Assembly: GCA_040400605.1 (NCBI GenBank)
Contig: JBBAPZ010000008.1
Coordinates: forward strand, 68,450-124,072
Direction of reading: 5' to 3'
Length of the DNA stretch: 55,623 nucleotides
Source of the DNA: Candidatus Sericytochromatia bacterium
GTDB taxonomy: Bacteria; Cyanobacteriota; Sericytochromatia; S15B-MN24; JAQBPE01
Shown here one piece after another: positions 9,287 to 18,576 of the stretch. The position numbers and the translations under genes were made by a program. The notes beneath the pieces were generated by a model, which searched no databases, was not told the origin of the DNA, and saw nothing but the letters and a program-made list of their open reading frames with translations. How positions within the stretch are numbered: the stretch's first letter is position 1; every line of letters starts with the position of its first letter.

Positions 9287-10192
9287 GTGAGCGCACACAG
9301 CCATCACGACACGACGCCCGGATCAGCCGTTGCGGCGGGCGCAGTCGATCCCCACGTACTGGAACACGAGATTGCCAGTATTTTTCCTTTATTTACCAGT
9401 TTTGGCACCGGCTTGTTTTTGCTTGGCTGTGCCGCTAACTGGAACAGCATTGCTTGGGGCAAAGGCGCGATTGTTCTCGGTCTTGTTGTCATGATCGCGG
9501 CGATGACCGGATGGTGGACGGAACTGGTTCGGGACAACAAACTTGACGAAACGACCCTGATCGGAACACCCGAGGCGGCGCGCAAAGGTTTGCACGTCGG
9601 CTTTGGGTTTTTTATCGGGTCTGAGGTGATGTTTTTCGCCGCATTTTTCGCCTACTACTTTTACGCCCGTGCGATCGCCCCGACCTGGCCGCCTGAAAAT
9701 TTCCACTTACCGTGGGCACCGGCATTGATCAATACAGCCCTGCTGGTTACAAGCGGCTTCTTTTACATGATTGGAGAACACCGGGTTGCAAATCATCAAC
9801 CGAAGGGAATCACGCTGTTTTGGATGTCCCTGGCATTGGTGTTCGGGTTTGTTTTTCTTGGCATTCAAGTCATCGAATGGGCCGATTTGATGCATGAAGG
9901 CTTCACCATCACGGATGGTGCGATCGGCACATCATTTTACTTGCTGACGGGCTTTCACGGCCTTCATGTCATCATCGGTGCGATCTTCATTACGGTGGTA
10001 ACTTTCCGAATCGCTTTCAATCACTTCACGCCGACCAAACACTTCGCAATGACTGCCGCCGGCTGGTACTGGCACTTCGTCGACGTGGTTTGGATCGGAC
10101 TCGTCGTGGTTTTGTATCTTTACGACTACTTCCGCGACATGGTGGGTTGGAGCAAGCCGGTTGCGCACGCAATGAGCCAGTTTCTGGTTTAA
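9287..10192 (+). CDS. ctaE: Cytochrome c oxidase subunit III
   Basis: SEVMFFAAFF, TGFHGLHV, WYWHFVDVVW. GTG start after AGGAG. Confidence 0.93.
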   Translation: MSAHSHHDTTPGSAVAAGAVDPHVLEHEIASIFPLFTSFGTGLFLLGCAANWNSIAWGKGAIVLGLVVMIAAMTGWWTELVRDNKLDETTLIGTPEAARKGLHVGFGFFIGSEVMFFAAFFAYYFYARAIAPTWPPENFHLPWAPALINTALLVTSGFFYMIGEHRVANHQPKGITLFWMSLALVFGFVFLGIQVIEWADLMHEGFTITDGAIGTSFYLLTGFHGLHVIIGAIFITVVTFRIAFNHFTPTKHFAMTAAGWYWHFVDVVWIGLVVVLYLYDYFRDMVGWSKPVAHAMSQFLV

Positions 10193-10204
10193 GGGGAATC
10201 GACG

Positions 10205-11821
10205 ATGCAGGTAGAAAACACGCACGCAGCAACAAACGTGCCACATCATCACGACGGACACCATGGCCATGAACGACACTGGCTGTTGTCGTGGCTCATG
10301 ACCACAGACCATAAGCGTATTGGCATTATGTACCTGTGGACATCATTTATCTTTTTCCTCATCGGTGGGGCGATGACCTTTGTGATTCGTGCGCAACTGA
10401 TGAGTCATCAAAACACCTTGGTTTCGCCTGACTTTTACAACCAGATGATGACAATGCATGCCACCGTGATGATTTTCCTCGCGATCATCCCGGCGATTAC
10501 AGGGTTTGGAAATCTGGCGTTGCCCCTGCATCTTGGTGCGCGTGACGTCGCATTTCCGCGATTGAATGCACTGGGCTTCTGGCTGGTGCCGGCGGGTGGC
10601 TTGGTGGTTTGTTCCAGTTTTTTCCTCGGAGGCGCCAGTGAAAACGGGTGGACAGCGTATCCTCCGCTTGCCAGCAACCAGTATTCGCCTGGCTTGGGCG
10701 TTGACTTGTGGATCTTTGGCCTTCACCTGCTTGGTACTTCATCCATCACCGGTGGCTTGAATTTCATTGTCACAATCTTCAATATGCGTGCTCCTGGCCT
10801 GACCCTGCACAAGATGAGTCTGTTTAGTTGGTCGTGGCTTGTCACGTCTTGGCTGCAGGTCATCGCGACACCTGTATTGGCAGGCGCCATCACGATGCTG
10901 CTGTTCGATCGCAACCTCGGCACGTCGTTCTTTCGTCCCGAAAATGGGGGTGACCCGATTCTGTTTCAACACCTTTTCTGGTTCTACTCGCATCCGGCGG
11001 TGTACATCATGATCTTGCCGGTTTTCGGAATTGTCTCACAAGTGGTCCCGGCGTTTTCGAAGAAGCGCATTTTCGGCTACCTGCCCATCGCGTACAGTTC
11101 GGTTGCCATTGGCTTTTTCGGACTGCTCGTCTGGGCTCACCACATGTTCGCCACTGGGTTGAGTCCTTGGTTCCTCACCATTTTTATGCTCATTACGATG
11201 GCGATCGCCGTTCCCACAGGAATCAAGATCTTCTCGTGGATTGCAACCATGTGGGGTGGCATTGTCGACTTCACGACGCCCATGCTGTTTTGCATCGGAT
11301 TCATCGCGTTTTTCACGATTGGTGGACTCTCCGGAATCATGCAATCCGCGATCCCCTTCGACATCCAGGTAAGCGGCACCTATTTCATCGTGGCGCACAT
11401 CCACTATGTGCTGTTCGCAGGGTCGGTGATGGGGCTTTATGCGGGATTGTATTACTGGTTGCCGAAAATGAGTGGCCGGATGTACAGCGAACGGTTGGGA
11501 CAAGCCCACTTTTGGCTGACCACGATCTTCATGAATTTTGCGTTTTTCCCAATGCACTATTTGGGACTGCAGGGCATGCCACGCCGTGTCGCATATTATG
11601 CGCCACAGTTTGAGCAGGTTAACTACTGGATATCCATTTCCGTATTCATTTTGGGTACAGCGCAGTTGCTGGTCATCGCGAATCTGATTTACACGCTCAA
11701 GTGGGGCAAAAAGGTGGAGAACGATCCCTGGAATCACCATCCGGATACCCGTACCTTCGAATGGGAAATTTCCTCGCCGCCACCGCATTATAATTTTGAA
11801 ACCCTGCCAGTGGTTCGCTAA
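10205..11821 (+). CDS. ctaD: Cytochrome c oxidase subunit I, type A2
   Basis: TTDHKRIG, TMHA, WFYSHPAVY (YS motif of A2), WAHHM, AHIHY, GMPRR. D-channel (RDVAFPRLN) and K-channel (PTGIK) residues present. Confidence 0.97.
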   Translation: MQVENTHAATNVPHHHDGHHGHERHWLLSWLMTTDHKRIGIMYLWTSFIFFLIGGAMTFVIRAQLMSHQNTLVSPDFYNQMMTMHATVMIFLAIIPAITGFGNLALPLHLGARDVAFPRLNALGFWLVPAGGLVVCSSFFLGGASENGWTAYPPLASNQYSPGLGVDLWIFGLHLLGTSSITGGLNFIVTIFNMRAPGLTLHKMSLFSWSWLVTSWLQVIATPVLAGAITMLLFDRNLGTSFFRPENGGDPILFQHLFWFYSHPAVYIMILPVFGIVSQVVPAFSKKRIFGYLPIAYSSVAIGFFGLLVWAHHMFATGLSPWFLTIFMLITMAIAVPTGIKIFSWIATMWGGIVDFTTPMLFCIGFIAFFTIGGLSGIMQSAIPFDIQVSGTYFIVAHIHYVLFAGSVMGLYAGLYYWLPKMSGRMYSERLGQAHFWLTTIFMNFAFFPMHYLGLQGMPRRVAYYAPQFEQVNYWISISVFILGTAQLLVIANLIYTLKWGKKVENDPWNHHPDTRTFEWEISSPPPHYNFETLPVVR

Positions 11822-11840
11822 ACGCCAGAAAGTAACAACG

Positions 11841-13115
11841 ATGCAGCAATCATTACTTAAACCGTCAGTGTTACTGGCCAACTTGCTTCTTGCATGGGGG
11901 GTTCTGTTTTCAAGCGACACCTTGGCCGCGCCATTTTGGTTTGTCGATACTGTCACGCCTTATGGCGACCAGGTTAACTTCACCTATCAGTTGATGGTCT
12001 GGATCTCCATTGCCATTCTGGTTGCCGTGGAGGTCGCATTGGTCGTTGCGTTGATTAAGTTTCGCAAAAAGCCGGGTGACAGGCGCGAACCCGAAACGTG
12101 GTCGCACAACACCCGTCTTGAGCTCATTTGGACCATCATCCCCGTCATTTTGCTGGTGATTATTCTGGTACCAACGATGAAGGGCGTGATGATGTTGGCC
12201 GATGTGCCCAAATCGCCAAGCCTGACGCTTGAAGTGGTGGGTCGTCAATTTTTCTGGGAGTATCGGTATCCAGACCTCAACGTTCAATTCAATTCCAGCA
12301 TGCGGATGGGTAACCAGCCGCAAGAGCCGCTTCACATTCCTGTGAATCAAACGATCAAGGTGGTCTTTACTGCGGCGGACGTCATTCATAGTTGGTGGGT
12401 TCCCGCATTCGGCATCCAGCAGATGACAACGCCTGGCAACCTGGCTCAGATTCCCTTGACCGTGACCAAGGTTGGCGAGTATGAAGGCGCTTGTGCGTAC
12501 CTTTGCGGCGCTTATCACGGCGCGATGAACATCAAGGTCAAGGCCGTTGAACAGGCAGAATTCGATGCCTGGATCAAGACCAAGGTTGCGGGTGCGCCGT
12601 TAACGCCAATCAATGAGATCGGTCGGATCGGAGCCCCTCACCCGAAACTGGACATCCAAAAAGGCGGGGAACAGAGCAAGGAGAAGCCTCAAGGCGCTGT
12701 AGACAAAACCATTGCCAGTGTACCTGTACAATCATCGACTGCCTCGCCTGAGGTCAGTGCAAAGCAACAGACACCCAGTATCGATCCTGTCGTAATGGCT
12801 AAGCATGGTGAAGCCATCTACAGTGCACGTTGCGCGGCTTGTCACCAAACCAACGGCGCGGGTGTACCAGGTGCGATTCCACCTTTGGCTGGTGCAGAGC
12901 AGGTTAATGGCGATGACGAAACCTTTGCAAGGATTCTGCTCAAAGGCCTGACCAACGAGCCGATCAAAGTGAAAGGGGTTGACTACAAAGGCTTGATGCC
13001 CGCCTTCTCCGATTTGTCCGATGAAGAGTTGGCCTCAGTTATGACTTATGCACGAGCCAGTTGGGGTAACAATGGCAAGGCCGTTTCACCTGAACTCGTG
13101 AAGTCGCTGCGCTAG
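11841..13115 (+). CDS. ctaC: Cytochrome c oxidase subunit II with fused C-terminal cytochrome c (caa3-type)
   Basis: LELIWT, QFFWEYRY, DVIHSWW, CuA motif CAYLCGAYHGAM, heme c CAACH with distal MPAF. Confidence 0.93.
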   Translation: MQQSLLKPSVLLANLLLAWGVLFSSDTLAAPFWFVDTVTPYGDQVNFTYQLMVWISIAILVAVEVALVVALIKFRKKPGDRREPETWSHNTRLELIWTIIPVILLVIILVPTMKGVMMLADVPKSPSLTLEVVGRQFFWEYRYPDLNVQFNSSMRMGNQPQEPLHIPVNQTIKVVFTAADVIHSWWVPAFGIQQMTTPGNLAQIPLTVTKVGEYEGACAYLCGAYHGAMNIKVKAVEQAEFDAWIKTKVAGAPLTPINEIGRIGAPHPKLDIQKGGEQSKEKPQGAVDKTIASVPVQSSTASPEVSAKQQTPSIDPVVMAKHGEAIYSARCAACHQTNGAGVPGAIPPLAGAEQVNGDDETFARILLKGLTNEPIKVKGVDYKGLMPAFSDLSDEELASVMTYARASWGNNGKAVSPELVKSLR

Positions 13116-13208
13116 ACGCTGTCGCATCCGTTGCGAGCCAAAGCTTGCGTAGCGGGTACAAAAACCCAAAAAACAGGTACTGACTTTCAATATCAGCTAG
13201 AAACGCAG

Positions 13209-13243
13209 CCGCCTCCCGATACAAAAGACGTATCGGGAGGCGG
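13209..13243. terminator. Perfect 14-bp inverted repeat downstream of ctaC
   Basis: CCGCCTCCCGATAC, 7-nt loop, GTATCGGGAGGCGG. Confidence 0.65.
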
Positions 13244-13244
13244 T

Positions 13245-13412
13245 CACCGCGTTGCCCTGCGGCCTGCCCGACCTGATGCCCACGAATTTGTCGGTACACT
13301 CGTGCTCACACCCTTGGACTGAGGGTTGTATCGCGCTGCACGTGACAGGCAGGATGACAAAAAAACGGTCGGCGGTTGATGAAAGGCCCACTCCGCTGAT
13401 TCAAATGCTGTG
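13245..13412 (-). ncRNA. Candidate structured small RNA (unassigned)
   Basis: Nested stems that pair better on the minus strand (G-U). TGG-TACGCT -10 upstream and a strong hairpin downstream. Confidence 0.25.
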
Positions 13413-13512
13413 ATGATGAGCGTACCACGCAAAGATTGGTCCCAACCGTTTAAGCCTCCGTGACCCTGTAACGCCCATGGCGCTTGGGGGCCATTCGCGT
13501 TACAATCAAGAC

Positions 13513-13659
13513 ATGGCACGTGATCAATTTAAACTGGATAACGCGTTGATCAAACGCAATCGACTGACCGGCATCGCCCTGTTAATGGTTGTGCTTGGTG
13601 TCGTCGTGCTTACCTATGTCTGTCGGACGTCGTTGTACCCAATATTTTTCAAGTTATAA
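13513..13659 (+). CDS. Small single-TM protein (48 aa) heading the oxidase assembly operon
   Basis: KRNRLTGIALLMVVLGVVVLTYV TM; ends 12 nt before ctaAB; TACAAT 6 nt upstream of the ATG. Confidence 0.65.
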   Translation: MARDQFKLDNALIKRNRLTGIALLMVVLGVVVLTYVCRTSLYPIFFKL

Positions 13660-13671
13660 AAGTGGTGCGTC

Positions 13672-15537
13672 ATGAACGAACCCAAGTCTCAAACGGCACA
13701 TGAAACGCATTGGCGTCGTTTTCGCCTCGCGTCGTGGTTGATTCTGGCTCTGATTGCCACCCAGATTGTTCTGGGGTCAACCGTGCGGGCAACCGGAGCT
13801 GGAATGGGATGTCCAGACTGGCCCCTTTGTCACGGTTCGTGGCTTCCGGCTTGGAACTTCGAGAGTGTGCTTGAGTACTCCCATCGCCTGGTTGGTGCAT
13901 TGGTTTCGTTGTCTTTGCTGGGCGCGGTTGCTGCCATTGCCATTTCAAAGCCGTTGCGTCGGCAGTTGGGAAGGCTTGCCGCAACCTTGGTCTATTTATT
14001 GGTGGTCTTGGTCAGTTTCGGGGCAGTAACGGTAGCGTATGACATGCCACCTGCGGTGGTTGCGTGCCACCTGGAGCTGGCCACGTTGTTATTGATGACT
14101 TGGGTGGTGATATTAAACCGGTCACGCGAGGCCTTGATGCCCCAAGGGCGGGCCTTGCCAACACCGGGTATTTACCGCTACTTCGCGTGGGTGGCATTGG
14201 GAGCTGGCCTGATTCAGTTGTTTTTGGGTGCACTGGTATCGGTGTCGCACGCGGGTCTTGCCTGTCCTGATTTTCCAACCTGTTACGGCATGTGGTGGCC
14301 GCCCTTGGTTGGCAACGTGGGTATACAGATGATTCATCGGTATGGTGCCTACACGCTGGCCGTGGTTGTTGCGGTACTGGTCGCGCTGTGCGAGTGGCGT
14401 GCATCGGCGGACGTGCGTATGTGGAGTCGCGTGTGTGCGGCCTTGCTGGTCATACAAGTGAGTCTGGGAATCGGGAACGTGTTGATGAAGCATCCTGCGT
14501 GGTTATCCGTTGCACACCTGGCCTGCGGTGTGAGTTTGGTGTTGAGTTTGTTTATGGTGGCTTACAGGGGTTGGCCGCAACTTTGGTATGATCGTCGGCA
14601 AACGCAAGAGGGCGGTGATGTGGCCACTCTTGGAAAGAGTGAGCGTATCCGGGCCTTCATTCAACTGACCAAGCCGACCATTGTGATGTTGGTGGTGGTA
14701 ACGGGTTTACCGGCACTGATCATGGCGGGCCAAGGGCAGGTTGATGCGATTCGATGGCTGGCGGCCTTGGTTGGTACCGCATTGGCTGCGTCATCCGCGG
14801 CGGTGTTCAATCAATATTTCGAGCGTGAGCGTGACAAGCAGATGACCCGCACGAGGTTGCGGCCATTGCCCTCCGGACGTGTTCAACCGAACGAAGCGTT
14901 GGCTTTCGCGCTGACTTTGGGTGTCACGGCGACGGTGCTTTTGTTGGTTTACACAACAGCATTGGCGGTTTTTTTGGCGCTGTTCAGTTTGTTCTTTTAT
15001 GGTTTTTATTACACGCTGGTATTGAAAGACCGCTCACACCAGAACATTGTGATTGGTGGTGCGGCGGGGGCGTCGGCGCCGCTGATTTGCTGGGCTGCCG
15101 TTACTGGTACGGTGGGATTGCCTGCCTGGATTATGTTTTTGATTATCTTTTTGTGGACGCCGCCCCATTTTTGGGCCCTTGCCATTTATCGTTTGGATGA
15201 TTACAGGGAAAGTCGTTTTCCGATGTACCCGGTTGTTCATGGTGTTGCGGCAACGACGCGATCCATGGCTATTTATACGTTGGTGATGGTGCCACTCAGC
15301 CTCGTTCTGTATCCGATTGGTGCGGCGGGTCCTTTGTATTTAACGATCGCTGCGTTACTGGGTGCGGGATTCATCTGGTTGACGCGTGCCGTTTTGCGAA
15401 CGCAAAGCCATCGTGACGCAATGCGTCTGTTTGCTTATTCCATCGTGTATACGCTGGCCCTGTTTAGCGGATTGACGCTGGATGCCATCGTGGGTGCGCA
15501 CCACAGCGGAGTTGAATGGAACCTGGTTCTCAGATAG
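13672..15537 (+). CDS. ctaB: Fused heme A synthase (CtaA/Cox15) and heme O synthase (CtaB/CyoE)
   Basis: N-half: GMGCPDWPLC, EYSHR, GLACPDFPTC, IHR. C-half: LTKP, DKQMTRTRLRPLPSG, NIVIGGAAGA, WTPPHFWALA. Confidence 0.93.
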   Translation: MNEPKSQTAHETHWRRFRLASWLILALIATQIVLGSTVRATGAGMGCPDWPLCHGSWLPAWNFESVLEYSHRLVGALVSLSLLGAVAAIAISKPLRRQLGRLAATLVYLLVVLVSFGAVTVAYDMPPAVVACHLELATLLLMTWVVILNRSREALMPQGRALPTPGIYRYFAWVALGAGLIQLFLGALVSVSHAGLACPDFPTCYGMWWPPLVGNVGIQMIHRYGAYTLAVVVAVLVALCEWRASADVRMWSRVCAALLVIQVSLGIGNVLMKHPAWLSVAHLACGVSLVLSLFMVAYRGWPQLWYDRRQTQEGGDVATLGKSERIRAFIQLTKPTIVMLVVVTGLPALIMAGQGQVDAIRWLAALVGTALAASSAAVFNQYFERERDKQMTRTRLRPLPSGRVQPNEALAFALTLGVTATVLLLVYTTALAVFLALFSLFFYGFYYTLVLKDRSHQNIVIGGAAGASAPLICWAAVTGTVGLPAWIMFLIIFLWTPPHFWALAIYRLDDYRESRFPMYPVVHGVAATTRSMAIYTLVMVPLSLVLYPIGAAGPLYLTIAALLGAGFIWLTRAVLRTQSHRDAMRLFAYSIVYTLALFSGLTLDAIVGAHHSGVEWNLVLR

Positions 15538-15548
15538 GAGATCCGCAC

Positions 15549-16190
15549 GTGTCAACTGATGACAATAACCCGCCTGTATTCCCCGCTGAATCCTCGACCC
15601 CTCGCAAACGCAACAGTACTTTGCTTGTGCTGTCAGTTCTGGTCGTGATGGCCATCTTGCCTTGGGTTTACGCGCCATTGTACCGAAAGGTGTGTGGGGT
15701 GCTCGGTATCCCGGTTGCGACGGAGCGCAAGCCGGTTGAGATACTGGCAGACACACTCAAGGAGGGTATTGGTAAGGAGCGTTTCGCTGAGCAACGTTCT
15801 TTGGTTAACTTCATGGGTGTCAGTGGTCAGTTGCCGATTGACATTGTGCCGTTGACGAGGCGTGCCTGGGTGAAGACGGGTGAGGTTTTTTCGGTCACCT
15901 ACCGTTTGACCAACCTGGCTCAGCGAGACCTGGATTATAAAGCGATGCACATGGTGATGCCTGGCACTGATACATCGTTTCAGTTGATTCGTTGTTTCTG
16001 CAATGACCATCGCATTATCAAGGCGGGGGTTGTTGAGCAGTTGCCACTCGTGTTTCGTTTGACGAGGCAGGTGGAGGGCGATGCCGGCTTGACGGTGAAT
16101 TACACGATTTTCGACTACGATCCGGCCGGAAATCGCCAAGGTTTACAAAGGGTGCCAACTTTCAAAGTGGGAGCACTGCTTGGCTGGTGA
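15549..16190 (+). CDS. ctaG: Cytochrome c oxidase copper assembly protein CtaG/Cox11
   Basis: TM, YAPLYRKVC, and the CFC copper motif (IRCFC). GTG after AGGAG. Confidence 0.8.
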   Translation: MSTDDNNPPVFPAESSTPRKRNSTLLVLSVLVVMAILPWVYAPLYRKVCGVLGIPVATERKPVEILADTLKEGIGKERFAEQRSLVNFMGVSGQLPIDIVPLTRRAWVKTGEVFSVTYRLTNLAQRDLDYKAMHMVMPGTDTSFQLIRCFCNDHRIIKAGVVEQLPLVFRLTRQVEGDAGLTVNYTIFDYDPAGNRQGLQRVPTFKVGALLGW

Positions 16191-16227
16191 TGAATTCAGC
16201 CAGGGTTGATGCGTCGGTGAGGCAGTC

Positions 16228-17568
16228 GTGCTGGACTTTCCGGTTTTTGAGATGCCTTGGATTGGCAATCGGTGGTTAATTGGTCTTGTTGCCAGTACCC
16301 ACGTCTTGATCAATCATTCGGCGGCCATCGGTGGCTCGGTCATGGTCGTTCTTGCGGAACGCCAGGCGCTTGTGACGGGTGATTGGCGATGGGAGCGCCT
16401 CGCCTACCGGTTGGCGCTCATTTTTTTCGTCTTGACAACCACGGTTGGTGCTTTAAGCGGCGTGGGGATTTGGTTCACGACAATGGTCGCCCAGCCGGTA
16501 GCCATCGGCAGTTTGCTGCGGGTGCATTTTTGGGCCTGGTTTATTGAGTGGTTCGTTTTTCTGTCTGAACTGGCCTTGGTGATGGTGTATTTTATGAGTT
16601 GGGGGCGTCTGAGTCGCGCGCAGCATCTCAAAGTAGGTTACGCCTACATCGCGATGTCTTTCTTGACTTTGGCCATCATCACGGGAATTCTGGGCTCGAT
16701 GCTCACACCGGGCGCAGCGGGGTTCGGTCAGGGGAGCGTGCTTCAGGGTTTCTTCAATCCCTCTTATCCTGCCCAGTTGATCCTGAGAACCGGTTTGGCG
16801 CTTGGTTTGTCAGCCTTCGTCTGCTTGTGTCTGAGTCTCAAGTTGGCACCCGATGGCTTGGCGCTCTGCGCCCAGCGTCTGTATGCACGGTGGGCGTTTT
16901 ATGCGCTGCCGCTGGTGTGTTTGGGCGGGGGTCTTTACCTGTTTGTATTGAGTGATCATGCCAAAAGCCTGTTACCAGTCGCGATGCTTACGGCACGCTT
17001 CGCCCATTGGCTTCAGGGTGGTGTCTGGCTTTTGCTCATCAGTTTGGTAGTTTGGACGACTTTCACGTGGCTGAGTCTGAAACGTGCCAGGGTATGGTCC
17101 ATCAGCGTGGCGGTGATACCGGTGATGCTGAGTGCCGGCTTGTTGGGGTATTTCGAGCGGGTGCGAGAATTTGTCCGCAAACCGTATGTCATCACGGGCT
17201 ACTTGTACGCCAACGGCATCAAGGTGTCGGATCGCGCCACACTCGATCAAGATGGCATTTTGGCCCATGCCCGCTACGTACCGCAGTATCCGCGGGGGAT
17301 TGAGGGCGATCGTCTGCGGGGCCAGGCAATCTACCGTCTTGAGTGTGCCAGCTGTCATACAATCAACGGTCTTAACGGTTTACAGGCCAAGGTGAAAAAC
17401 TGGGACGAAACGGCCATCGTTGGTTTCATTGGTATCCAGGAGCGGGTGCATCCATTCATGCCGCCCTTTGTGGGTACCGAAGCCGAAAAAAAAGCGCTGG
17501 CACGATATTTGCGCAGTTTGAACCATTCATTACCCCAAGAGGCGCATACCAGTCGTGGAAAGCATTGA
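16228..17568 (+). CDS. Cytochrome bd subunit I (CydA)-like membrane protein fused to cytochrome c, no Q-loop
   Basis: STHVLINH..IGG, GALSGVGIWF, FIEWFVFLSE, ERVREFVRKPYVI, heme c CASCH and MPPF. Confidence 0.75.
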   Translation: MLDFPVFEMPWIGNRWLIGLVASTHVLINHSAAIGGSVMVVLAERQALVTGDWRWERLAYRLALIFFVLTTTVGALSGVGIWFTTMVAQPVAIGSLLRVHFWAWFIEWFVFLSELALVMVYFMSWGRLSRAQHLKVGYAYIAMSFLTLAIITGILGSMLTPGAAGFGQGSVLQGFFNPSYPAQLILRTGLALGLSAFVCLCLSLKLAPDGLALCAQRLYARWAFYALPLVCLGGGLYLFVLSDHAKSLLPVAMLTARFAHWLQGGVWLLLISLVVWTTFTWLSLKRARVWSISVAVIPVMLSAGLLGYFERVREFVRKPYVITGYLYANGIKVSDRATLDQDGILAHARYVPQYPRGIEGDRLRGQAIYRLECASCHTINGLNGLQAKVKNWDETAIVGFIGIQERVHPFMPPFVGTEAEKKALARYLRSLNHSLPQEAHTSRGKH

Positions 17569-18541
17569 TCTTCCCTTGCCGGTGCCCTTGGCGCTGGCTA
17601 AAGTTGCACTGGTCATCGCGTTTATCTCGCACATCGTGTTTGTGAACCTGATGCTCGGCGGGTGTCTGATTGCGTTGCACACACACTTTCTGGCGCGGCG
17701 CCGATCGCATCTATTGCCATTTGTGCAGCAATTGATCGCAGCCGTCACGGTACACAAAAGTATCGCTGTCGTGCTTGGTGTGGGCCCGTTGTTGTTGATC
17801 AGTATCGCTTACACAACACCATTCTATACCAGCAGCATCTTGATCGCGTCGGCTTGGTTGGCTGTCATCGCCTTGGTCACGGTGGCCTTCCTTATGCTTT
17901 ACATCTACCATTTTGGCTGGACATCCCTGCGCATACGACATCCTGGCTGGCACGCCGGTGCCGGCGTGTGTGCCACCGTGTTGTTGTTGATGGTGCCGCT
18001 CATTTACTTGACCAATACCAACTTGATGCTGACACCCGCGGTATGGAAACAACAACCCGGATTTTTTTGGTCCTTGCTGCATGTCGGAAACGTATTGCCG
18101 CGGTACGCACACTTCCTGCTCGCGAGCTTGGCCATCACAGGGTTTTGGATCAGTTTATGGTGGGGGCGCACCCAATCTGATTTGGCGCCTGAGGCACGCG
18201 CGATGGTGGTGCGCCTCGGGATACGCTGGGCGCTGTTTCCCAGTGTCGCACAGTTTGTGGCGGGTCCCGTGGTGTTGTTCACCTTGCCAGGCGGTGCATT
18301 GAGTCCGCTTGCGATCGCATTGCTGGCTATCGGAATCATTTGCAGCCTGGGAGCCATCTTTTTGCTCATTGACTCGCTGCGTGGCACCATGCGGGTTAAA
18401 TCGGCAGCCTTGCTCATCGGTGTGACCATCGTATGCATGGCCAGCTCACGTCATTTGATTCGTGAATCACTCCTCAATAAGGCCACTCGTTCGTTGAGTG
18501 GTGCTGACGCCAGCACTACAATTCCTGGCATGCGCAGTTAA
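17555..18541 (+). CDS. Partner polytopic membrane protein, CydA-like fold
   Basis: SHIVFVNLMLGG, VLGVGPLL, PRYAHFLLASLAITG, RHLIRE. Overlaps the upstream gene. Confidence 0.65.
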   Translation: MESIDLPLPVPLALAKVALVIAFISHIVFVNLMLGGCLIALHTHFLARRRSHLLPFVQQLIAAVTVHKSIAVVLGVGPLLLISIAYTTPFYTSSILIASAWLAVIALVTVAFLMLYIYHFGWTSLRIRHPGWHAGAGVCATVLLLMVPLIYLTNTNLMLTPAVWKQQPGFFWSLLHVGNVLPRYAHFLLASLAITGFWISLWWGRTQSDLAPEARAMVVRLGIRWALFPSVAQFVAGPVVLFTLPGGALSPLAIALLAIGIICSLGAIFLLIDSLRGTMRVKSAALLIGVTIVCMASSRHLIRESLLNKATRSLSGADASTTIPGMRS

Positions 18542-18576
18542 ACGCGCGCCCTCAACGGACACAAAGGGGAGTTGAG

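Noticed and set aside
11036..12518. Minus-strand ORFs of 306 and 202 aa
   Set aside because: Antisense to ctaD/ctaC, which are unambiguous.
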